A DNA stretch of 44,574 nucleotides, from contig JAJZWH010000001.1 in assembly GCA_021846765.1 (NCBI GenBank), forward strand, positions 1 through 44,574, given 5' to 3'. The notes beneath the pieces were generated by a model that was not told the origin of the DNA, searched no databases, and was given only the letters and a program-made list of their open reading frames with translations. Below are positions 28,496-35,702 of the stretch, piece after piece. Source of the DNA: a bacterium (GTDB lineage: Bacteria > Patescibacteriota > Saccharimonadia > Saccharimonadales > UBA4665). Position 1 is the first letter of the stretch; each line of letters begins with the position of its first letter. The translations under genes were made by a program, and so were the position numbers.

Positions 28496-29233
28496 ATGTC
28501 AGAACAAGTTGATATAAAACAAGTAAACATAGCTTTTGCTGGTCTAACAGCCGCAGGGAAAACAACTCACTCCAAAATATTAGCCGAACAATTAGGTTTT
28601 GAGTATATTTCGGCCACTAAAACCATACTTGATATTATGGGTATGGATAAAGACCCCGATAGAGCCTGGTTAGATAGTTATGATGAAATCGAAAAAGCTC
28701 GTGAAGGTGACAGAGCTGACATTGAACTTGAAGCACGTATGACTGAATTAGCAAATACTCATAGTGGTCTTGTTTTGGATACCTGGGCTATGGCTTGGAT
28801 TTATAATGGCTCAACCCCTATGGTAAGATTATGGATAGAATCAGATGAAGATTCTCGTACTAGAAAGTGCTTTGTATCACAAGGTTCAGATAAACAGCGT
28901 GATTTAGACGCCAGCAGACTGTTAATAAACCAAAAAGATGGTGATACTAGGACTAAATTCATACGAAGACTGGGCTTTGATTTATTTACCGATAGACATC
29001 GATATGATGTTATTGTCGACAATACACAATTAATACCTGAAGCAACGGAAGCGTCAGCTAAAACTGGTATAAAAATATTCTCTCCTGTTGTATTAGCGGC
29101 TGTAAAATACTGCATTAATAAAATCACTAATCCATCTTTTGACATAGACAGTAATTATGCCAAAAATCTTATTAGAAGCTCAAATGGCATGATAATAAGC
29201 TTAGGAAGCGAGCATAAGGAGTCTTATGAGTAA
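28496..29233 (+). CDS. P-loop kinase, cytidylate-kinase-like (archaeal-type CMK/AAA_18-like)
   Basis: Walker A GLTAAGKTTHS. Overall resembles (d)NMP kinases. The C-terminal ~70 aa are unassigned. Confidence 0.6.
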   Translation: MSEQVDIKQVNIAFAGLTAAGKTTHSKILAEQLGFEYISATKTILDIMGMDKDPDRAWLDSYDEIEKAREGDRADIELEARMTELANTHSGLVLDTWAMAWIYNGSTPMVRLWIESDEDSRTRKCFVSQGSDKQRDLDASRLLINQKDGDTRTKFIRRLGFDLFTDRHRYDVIVDNTQLIPEATEASAKTGIKIFSPVVLAAVKYCINKITNPSFDIDSNYAKNLIRSSNGMIISLGSEHKESYE

Positions 29234-29780
29234 ATCAGAAATTGTATTAATCACGGGGAACGTAAATAAAGTGCGTGAATATGAACGTTTATTGGGTGTG
29301 CAGCTTGATTATCAAAATCTTGATTTGCCTGAAATTCAGGCTACTGATGTTAGACAGGTAGCTCGCAACAAAGCAGAGAACGCTTATGGGATCGTCGGTC
29401 GTCCATGTTTTGTCGACGATACGGGTCTAACGATTGAAGCATGGGGTCAATTACCAGGAGCATTAATTCGTTGGTTTCTCGATAACGTAGGCAATGAAGG
29501 ATTACTTAAAATGCTAGATTCAAATCAATCTCGCTCTGCTTACGTTACAACGGCTATTGGGTACTGTGATAAAAATGGGTTTAAGCTTTGCGAAGGACGA
29601 ATTAATGGAATAATAGCCAATGAGCCAAAAGGTGACAATGGGGTTGGTTATGATACAATCTTTATTCCTGAAAACCAGACTAAAACATTTGCAGAAATGA
29701 CCAATGAAGAAAAAGATTCTAGATCTATGCGTGCCTTAGCAGCAGCTGCAATGAAAACTGATTTGCAGATTGGGGCATGA
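29226..29780 (+). CDS. rdgB: Non-canonical purine NTP pyrophosphatase (RdgB/HAM1, ITPase)
   Basis: Carries VLITGNVNKVREYE, FVDDTGL, and GYDTIFIP followed by TFAEM. Overlaps the kinase gene by 8 nt. Confidence 0.8.
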   Translation: MSKSEIVLITGNVNKVREYERLLGVQLDYQNLDLPEIQATDVRQVARNKAENAYGIVGRPCFVDDTGLTIEAWGQLPGALIRWFLDNVGNEGLLKMLDSNQSRSAYVTTAIGYCDKNGFKLCEGRINGIIANEPKGDNGVGYDTIFIPENQTKTFAEMTNEEKDSRSMRALAAAAMKTDLQIGA

Positions 29781-29852
29781 CATCTATACCAACTGTTTAA
29801 GACTTATGCAGACCTCAATTCACAGATAAATATCTGGGAAGCATGTAGTTTA

Positions 29853-29878
29853 GTTGCAATAGTTTCACACAAAGACCT
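29853..29878. repeat. Repeat module 3 (26 nt, GTTGCAAT...CCT), copy B
   Basis: GTTGCAATAGTTTCACACAAAGACCT matches the 30597 copy at 21/26 and the 32479 copy at 19/26. Confidence 0.7.
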
Positions 29879-29974
29879 CCAAATGTTCTTCACAACACTT
29901 TGTAAGATAAGAAGTATGGAATTTTAGTTGCATACCTAAGCTTCGCATCGGCAATTCGTTTTCTCCATCTGTTA
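29876..29974. repeat. Repeat module 2, copy B
   Basis: See 28303-28402. Here it directly abuts module 3 with no mini-gene in between. Confidence 0.8.
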
Positions 29975-30047
29975 TCAAGTTCTATATCACTTTGTCTATT
30001 CCACTTATGCTTGCTACATCGCATAAAAAAGACTTTAATAGAATATT

Positions 30048-30551
30048 ATGAGCAAAGGGGAAGATTTAGGAGATAGAACAACCGAAGAATTTTCTAGAGC
30101 AGTTAGCGAAAAGATTTTGGGTGTTTTTGCGGTACGTAGAGAATTTAGGGAAGTAAACGCTCGCCGACATAAGACAGAGGAAGAGGCAACCTTTCGAGCA
30201 CCTAAAGGTTTTGTGTTTAGAGTTGTAGCTTTGAGTGATGGGGCGTTGACTTCTATTCACGACGGGCATAAACCAAAGCCTTGGTATGAAGAACGAAAAC
30301 GTGGCGATATAGTTTATGCACCTGTAATAGATTGCCATAGAAAAGATGGATTTACTTGGTCAACCTATACGTCATGGCTAAATGGTCCTCTAGAGTTTGA
30401 ACTTCCATCTTATGTGGCAAGTAGGACGCCGACAAGTATAAATAATGAGGACGTTCAAATTGACTTAGTTAGGGTTGAAGAGCTTGTTGCTGCACATACA
30501 AGGCGTGAGCCTTTGTCTAGAATACAGTTGGAAGAAGATGCTACTGTTTAG
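30048..30551 (+). CDS. Hypothetical protein (167 aa)
   Basis: Clean ORF that looks G+C-richer than its neighbours by eye. No recognisable motif. Confidence 0.55.
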   Translation: MSKGEDLGDRTTEEFSRAVSEKILGVFAVRREFREVNARRHKTEEEATFRAPKGFVFRVVALSDGALTSIHDGHKPKPWYEERKRGDIVYAPVIDCHRKDGFTWSTYTSWLNGPLEFELPSYVASRTPTSINNEDVQIDLVRVEELVAAHTRREPLSRIQLEEDATV

Positions 30552-30596
30552 TTATATAGTCTGATAATAAATATCTCTTCATTTATGTTAAGGATG

Positions 30597-30622
30597 GTTG
30601 CAATCACTTCACACAAGGCCCT
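30597..30622. repeat. Repeat module 3, copy B'
   Basis: GTTGCAATCACTTCACACAAGGCCCT. Its end plus the next 5 nt (GGCCCTCCAAT, 30617-30627) is identical to the tRNA-Lys 3' end (27404-27414). Confidence 0.7.
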
Positions 30623-30679
30623 CCAATAATTTCATTTCTAGACCCCTATTTATTTAGAGGGTTTCTTATATTAATAAGT

Positions 30680-31450
30680 ATGGGTGCTTACAATACAGAA
30701 ACTTACGAAATCAGTCCGCACTTTAAGTATTCTATCGCAGACAACCCTTCATTAGACAGTTTAAAACAACTAGCAAATATTGATATAAAGAGCGAAACAA
30801 GTGAATTTAGTAAAGCTGAGTATATAATAGGCTTCTCTCATCAGTTATTTACGCACAATGGAGACAACGAACCATCTGCTGCTGACCCACTAACTATACT
30901 CAGAGAGGCAAAAGAAGGGCAATCGTTTCGATGTGTTGAATATAGTACGTTGGCTATGGGATTGCTGTGGGCCTACAAAATACCTGCCAGAACTATTGGG
31001 CTGAAAACATGTGACGTAGAAATTCGTAAATATGGTGCTGGGCATGTAGTAATTGAGTTCTGGTGCAAAGATTATAACAAATGGGTTATGTGTGACGTGC
31101 AAGCAGGTATTATCCCTAAACATAATGAAATTCCAATATCTGCCTATGAGCTATCAAATTATCTTAAATTTCATGAAACTATTACTTTTGCACCTATAGA
31201 ACACTCCAGATTCAAACAAAATAGTAGATATGGCGACAAGAAAAGCTATGAAGAATGGATAAAAGACTATCTATGCTTTATAGATACACCCCTAGACTTA
31301 ACGTTTGATATTAAAGATAGACGAAAACAGCAAATTGTAATGTTGGTGCCACTTGACAAAAAATATCCAAAATCTTTTCAGGGATTGTTTGACATGAATG
31401 CCCTGTATACTCATAGCGTAAAAGACTTTTACCCAGAACTACACATATAA
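30680..31450 (+). CDS. Transglutaminase-like cysteine peptidase superfamily protein
   Basis: Cys-His-Asp spacing: FRCVEYSTLA..., GAGHVVIEFW..., WVMCDVQ. Confidence 0.65.
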   Translation: MGAYNTETYEISPHFKYSIADNPSLDSLKQLANIDIKSETSEFSKAEYIIGFSHQLFTHNGDNEPSAADPLTILREAKEGQSFRCVEYSTLAMGLLWAYKIPARTIGLKTCDVEIRKYGAGHVVIEFWCKDYNKWVMCDVQAGIIPKHNEIPISAYELSNYLKFHETITFAPIEHSRFKQNSRYGDKKSYEEWIKDYLCFIDTPLDLTFDIKDRRKQQIVMLVPLDKKYPKSFQGLFDMNALYTHSVKDFYPELHI

Positions 31451-31456
31451 CTCCCA

Positions 31457-31594
31457 CTAGGAATATATCGAACTGAATCGTTTCTTGCTAATAAGCTCTT
31501 GCCTGTATTTGTTATCCAGCAATCCTCTCCATCTAAGAAGTTCTTGGGTGAAAATATATAACTTAATTCTTTGGTGGGCCTCCATGTTACTCAT
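31457..31594 (-). CDS. Mini-gene copy C (core 42 codons from ATG 31585; in-frame ATG at 31594 gives MSN-MEAHQRIKLYIFTQELLRWRGLLDNKYRQELISKKRFSSIYS)
   Basis: The ATG at 31594-31592 overlaps the TGA of the upstream 288-aa gene (ATGA), which suggests translational coupling. Confidence 0.6.
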   Translation of the reverse strand: MSNMEAHQRIKLYIFTQELLRWRGLLDNKYRQELISKKRFSSIYS

Positions 31595-32457
31595 GTTTTA
31601 TATGACGGATTGCAATAGTCACAATATCCTGCATAAGCAGTTTTTTTCTGATGAGGAAAAATTACGTCTTGGGTGAATTTGCATTTATCACACTCGTAAA
31701 CATCATACAAAGGGATGTCAGTCAGTCTCCCGCACTGTTCACAGGGTAAGCCTGGTTTAGGCGAAATCCTATGAAAACCAGGAGTATTACAGCTAGGACA
31801 TAATCTTTTTATATTTTCTATTAGGTCTTTAGTAGCTACCTCTATGTTTTTCATTCTTGATTTATTAACATGCGCCCTAAAGTCTGTTTCAAGCCATATT
31901 GATTTGTATTTCTCTAGATAGTTTGTGGCAATTTCAATAAGATTATCTTTAGTTACTATTCCCTTAACCATATTTTTATATTTTTTCTCTGAGCTTCTTA
32001 TGACAATGCCATGTTTTGGGAAGTTAATGTTATCTGCAAACTCTAAAACTTCTTCAAGGTTATTGGCTGTAGTATTTTGTGCATAACTGACTATCTCTAC
32101 ATGACCACCAAATATTTCCAGACCGAGTTTATTATCTATAAAAACAACTATTTCGGTATTGGTTATGCCAAAAGGAGCTGCTGGGTGTGGACCAAAGGTA
32201 CCTTCACTGGCAATTCCTAAATCTAAGTTCAATAACTCCATTGCAGCTTTAGCTTTAATGATTGCTGTTTCTTTTTGATTAGCGGGTCTTTCTTTATCTA
32301 GGGTAAAAGTACCGAACTTATCTGTATCTAAGTCTGTGGGTACTAATACTTCTATTCCAAGTTCCTTCATAAATAGAGGTGCTATGACTTGTTCTTTTTT
32401 ATGCTTTGTCCCTAAGGCAGCTTTTCTAGAATTCAATAGTGTACTTATATTAGTCAT
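31591..32457 (-). CDS. Uncharacterised 288-aa protein with a C-terminal double CxxC zinc-ribbon
   Basis: CPSC...CEQC and CDKC...CDYC in the last 70 aa. I do not recognise the N-terminal ~210 aa. Confidence 0.65.
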   Translation of the reverse strand: MTNISTLLNSRKAALGTKHKKEQVIAPLFMKELGIEVLVPTDLDTDKFGTFTLDKERPANQKETAIIKAKAAMELLNLDLGIASEGTFGPHPAAPFGITNTEIVVFIDNKLGLEIFGGHVEIVSYAQNTTANNLEEVLEFADNINFPKHGIVIRSSEKKYKNMVKGIVTKDNLIEIATNYLEKYKSIWLETDFRAHVNKSRMKNIEVATKDLIENIKRLCPSCNTPGFHRISPKPGLPCEQCGRLTDIPLYDVYECDKCKFTQDVIFPHQKKTAYAGYCDYCNPSYKT

Positions 32458-32478
32458 TTTATAATTATATTAGAACAT

Positions 32479-32504
32479 GTTGCAATAGATAAACAATCAA
32501 ACCT
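32479..32504. repeat. Repeat module 3, copy D
   Basis: GTTGCAATAGATAAACAATCAAACCT. Immediately followed by the mini-gene unit D. Confidence 0.6.
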
Positions 32505-32514
32505 ATAACTCCCA

Positions 32515-32661
32515 CTAGGAATATATCGTACTTAATCTTTTCTTGCTTAGCTGCTCTTGCTTATACAGAATATCCAAAAGTTGTCGCCACCTAAGGAGTT
32601 CTTGGGTGAAAGTATATAACTTAATTCTTTGGTGGGCCTCCACGAACTGTATTTCATTCAT
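32515..32661 (-). CDS. Mini-gene copy D (core 42 codons from GTG 32643; in-frame ATG at 32661 gives MNEIQF-VEAHQRIKLYTFTQELLRWRQLLDILYKQEQLSKKRLSTIYS)
   Basis: Same frame, length and stop as copies A and C. Lies upstream of, and on the same strand as, the 288-aa gene. Confidence 0.55.
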   Translation of the reverse strand: MNEIQFVEAHQRIKLYTFTQELLRWRQLLDILYKQEQLSKKRLSTIYS

Positions 32662-32759
32662 TTTTCTGTTTAAGTTAGGTAAGTTGTATCTGTAAATAGG
32701 GCTGATTTCTGTGGGGTAAACTTTTTGGTCTTTTTTAACTGAAAATCCAGCAGGAAATA

Positions 32760-33618
32760 TTAAGTCTTTGGATTGGCTACTCTATCAACGTGTTGTGGGT
32801 TGTTAGGGTCAAACTTAGCTTGTGATAAATAATTAAACACTTCAGTTGCAGACCTACCATTTTTTAGTTGATTAGTGATATATTCAGCCATCTGTTTGTA
32901 GCCAACATAGTATGCAATATCTTTAGTAAAGATTGCTTGCTTAGTACCCAAGTTATCACCCCTACTACCTCTGTAGATACGGTCAATGTGTCCCCATACT
33001 CTAGGAGCTAGTGATGATATCGCTGCTTCGTCAGCACCTTGTAGCTGTAGCCTTACTAGCTGACGCGCATAGCTTGATTTCAAACATCTCTTTACGAGTT
33101 CTCTGAACTCCATCAACAGTACCAAGAGCTAAAGCAATATCAACATAACGGTCGTATGCTTTATCAGGAAGCTGTCCATTCACAGCTTCTTCTGCTAATA
33201 CTCCGAGTCCTTCTTCAGCATCTAAATAACCTGCAAGTCCAGTGGCTAGTTTCTTATCGCCAGTTTTATAGCCATTCTTTCCTCTAAGAGCATGGACTAG
33301 TAGCTCATGCGCCAGTAATGCACGCGCGTCTTTAGGCGAAGCAGATTCACGACGAGACGCAATCTTTATTTTACGGTCAGAGGCTTCGACAGAAAGCGAA
33401 GTACCGTCGGTTGAAACAACTTGCCATTCACTCCACTCAGGGTCATTATTATCTGTCAAGTCCCCGAAATCTTGGACACTTTGTCTCGGACCTCTGTTAA
33501 CATGACTTTTCCGATGAAGGGACTCTTCAGAATTATGTGTAAACTTGTATATAATATTACATGGTCTAGATATGTTAGACGAAACAGCTATTCGAGAAAA
33601 AGCCGACGAAGATGGCAT
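32760..33618 (-). pseudogene. Decayed HExxH metalloprotein gene (DUF1704-like), frameshifted and 5'-truncated
   Basis: ORFs 33031-33618 and 32760-33125 overlap in different frames. HELLVH plus EEGLG motifs sit in the first ORF, and the second continues the same protein. There is no credible N-terminus. Confidence 0.6.
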
Positions 33619-34030
33619 AACTCATATATCTACAGGAGTTGCTGTTGTTAAAGATGGTCAAATTCTGTTGGTGCGCCGCTCAAAGGATGACTTTCTTGGA
33701 GGTTATTATGAATTACCTGGTGGCGGTGTTGATAATGGAGAAACAATCGAACAAGCCGCAATGCGTGAAATCAAAGAGGAAACAGGTTTAGTGCCTTCTA
33801 AAGTTATAACAACATTCAAAGGATTTGATTATAAAACAGATAAAAAGCCATTCGTAAGACAAGTTAATTTAATTATCGAAGCTAAACCTGGAGAAGTTAA
33901 GTTAAGCCCTGAGCATGATGACTTTTTATGGGCTAACAAAGATGACTTAGGCAATATCAAGATGACTGAAAATATGATTGATTGTGTTTATGATGCGTTC
34001 TCTAAGCTAAATGCCTTGTTTTACGTCTAG
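33572..34030 (+). CDS. Nudix hydrolase
   Basis: Nudix box GGGVDNGETIEQAAMREIKEETGL. I prefer ATG 33572, because the TTG at 33545 overlaps a perfect TATAAT (33550-33555). Confidence 0.8.
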   Translation: MLDETAIREKADEDGITHISTGVAVVKDGQILLVRRSKDDFLGGYYELPGGGVDNGETIEQAAMREIKEETGLVPSKVITTFKGFDYKTDKKPFVRQVNLIIEAKPGEVKLSPEHDDFLWANKDDLGNIKMTENMIDCVYDAFSKLNALFYV

Positions 34031-34041
34031 AGAATTAAATT

Positions 34042-34611
34042 TTAAGTTTTGTTCTTAACCCACTTCTTGAATTCTTCTACGCTTTTAACATTATTTCTTA
34101 AAACCGCTTCATAGATATTGAAACTATCTGTTTTAATTTCTTTATCATTTCTAGCTGCTTTTAACTCAAGAATTATCTTTTTAGTCTCATTATTGAGTCT
34201 ATCCTTTATCCAATCATTATTGATTCTAAGGGTATCTTCGTTCCCAAACCAAATATCCACTTTCCATCTATTTTTAGAGAAATCATTTTTTACACCTACA
34301 TAATAAGCCTTAGGAAATTCTGGATGATTTTTAGAACTATGCTTAACAAAATCGTAATACAAATAACCGTTCCATTGGTTTTGTTGGATAAGCTGATTTA
34401 ATGCCTCTAGTGCAGCTACTCTGGCCCTATCTGTAGGAACTATTACATATATATCAAGGTCTGGCCCTAGCATTAAGTTATAATCATAACTTCCAACAAT
34501 TTTGACTTCTCCAATTCTAGAAAGCAGCGAATAAATGCGTGAGTAATCTAGAAGCTTATCCGCCTCCTCGTGCCACATTCTAGATAAAGTCAGAAGTCCA
34601 ATTATTTCCAT
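34042..34611 (-). CDS. Pol-beta-superfamily nucleotidyltransferase-like protein
   Basis: GS...DLD signature (VKIVGSYDYNLMLGPDLDIYVIV) followed by a helical C-terminal domain. Confidence 0.55.
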   Translation of the reverse strand: MEIIGLLTLSRMWHEEADKLLDYSRIYSLLSRIGEVKIVGSYDYNLMLGPDLDIYVIVPTDRARVAALEALNQLIQQNQWNGYLYYDFVKHSSKNHPEFPKAYYVGVKNDFSKNRWKVDIWFGNEDTLRINNDWIKDRLNNETKKIILELKAARNDKEIKTDSFNIYEAVLRNNVKSVEEFKKWVKNKT

Positions 34612-35042
34612 CTTACTATTTTATAATTATAGTGGTTTAAGTCATGATAGGACGCATTAGATAAAAAAGAAAGTTACCCAAAGAATATCGGTTAGATAGT
34701 AATTCGGTTACTCTAGTTCTCATTATGAAGAAAACTATGTTTAATGCAATTATTGAAGAAAAACTACCAAAATACCTAAAAGCTGATGTTAAAAAAATCA
34801 ATCATTGAAGTCAGCAGCATGCACAGTAGGGCAGTATTTAGAGCCCTGAATCGTAGTAGGAAACGATCTAACTGAAAATCTCAGCCTAAACTTGGTAAGT
34901 CAAAAAATACTGATCTGGTATGTGTTTTAGAGCAAGATCAATATTATTTAGTATCAGAACACCACTTAGTTTAATAAACCCATCGGTAGTTATATTGTAT
35001 TTGCCAATAAGTTAAACGATAATATTATAAGCTTAAGCATTT

Positions 35043-35702
35043 ATGGAAAACCAAGACAATAATCAATTTACTCAACCGAGCGATGTTCAACCCAGCTATA
35101 GTAATAAACCACAATCTACAAATAGATTAGTAAAAATATTAATATCTCTATTAGTAATATTGGTTATTGTAATAGTGGGATTAGGAGTATACGTTTGGCA
35201 ACACAATAAAGTAGTCGATCTAACCAAGCAATTGAATTCGACGAAAACAACAATTCCTCAAGACAAAAAAACTGATAATGTCTTGAGCTATAACTCTCAA
35301 CAATTTACGAACCTTATCTATAGTCAGTTGCAATCAGTTATGCCTAGCAACTACACCATAATTAACTCAACATCTAGCCCCACTACATCAGACACTATTG
35401 CGGTTAGCGTTGGCCACGAGATATCTAATACAGCTGAAAATGTTGGTCCAGGAATCGCTGCAACGGCTTATAACTTTATAGTTCAGCCTCAAGGATACAC
35501 AATAACCTTGTACTGTTCAGCGCTGTCATCGAACAACAATCCATCATGTCCTTCAACCGTCCAGACAGCGATAGAAAAATTGGTTAGTAAAGAGATGAGT
35601 GGTTTTCAATATATTAAAAATGGTGGCTACCTAGATGGTTTAGATGGACCCAATCCTAAAGTTGACGTATATAAAAATAACTTAATAGATTGTTATTGTT
35701 AA
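35043..35702 (+). CDS. Membrane-anchored extracytoplasmic protein (N-terminal part of a probably longer gene)
   Basis: A Gln/Asn-rich N-terminus and one TM helix (LVKILISLLVILVIVIVGLGVYVW), then a Ser/Thr/Asn-rich region. Confidence 0.6.
   Translation: MENQDNNQFTQPSDVQPSYSNKPQSTNRLVKILISLLVILVIVIVGLGVYVWQHNKVVDLTKQLNSTKTTIPQDKKTDNVLSYNSQQFTNLIYSQLQSVMPSNYTIINSTSSPTTSDTIAVSVGHEISNTAENVGPGIAATAYNFIVQPQGYTITLYCSALSSNNNPSCPSTVQTAIEKLVSKEMSGFQYIKNGGYLDGLDGPNPKVDVYKNNLIDCYC

Noticed and set aside
29890-30024. A 44-codon minus-strand ORF inside repeat module 2 copy B (MRCSKHKWNRQSDIELDNRWRKRIADAKLRYATKIPYFLSYKVL), with a similar reading in copy A.
   Set aside because: Copy A has no start codon, and the two copies differ by a 1-nt indel plus further indels upstream. 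Only the last ~15 codons are conserved, and that conservation is at the nucleotide level. Module 2 is more likely a non-coding (promoter/UTR) element.
31607-31628. GATTGCAATAGTCAC, which resembles repeat module 3 (GTTGCAATAG...).
   Set aside because: It lies inside the coding sequence of the 288-aa gene (the ...CDYCNP zinc-ribbon codons), and the similarity stops after about 10 nt.
31485-31676. A 63-aa plus-strand ORF spanning mini-gene unit C and the 3' end of the 288-aa gene. The 76-aa ORF at 33421-33651 is a similar case.
   Set aside because: Each starts at a weak codon, crosses repeat and gene boundaries, and is not conserved in the other repeat copies. They are chance ORFs.
28171-32643. 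Integron-like attC sites as an explanation for the ~135-nt repeats between cassettes.
   Set aside because: There is no RYYYAAC / GTTRRRY core pair and only a 5-bp terminal inverted repeat (CCCAC/GTGGG). There is no intI-like gene in the window, and the repeats carry a conserved coding frame instead.
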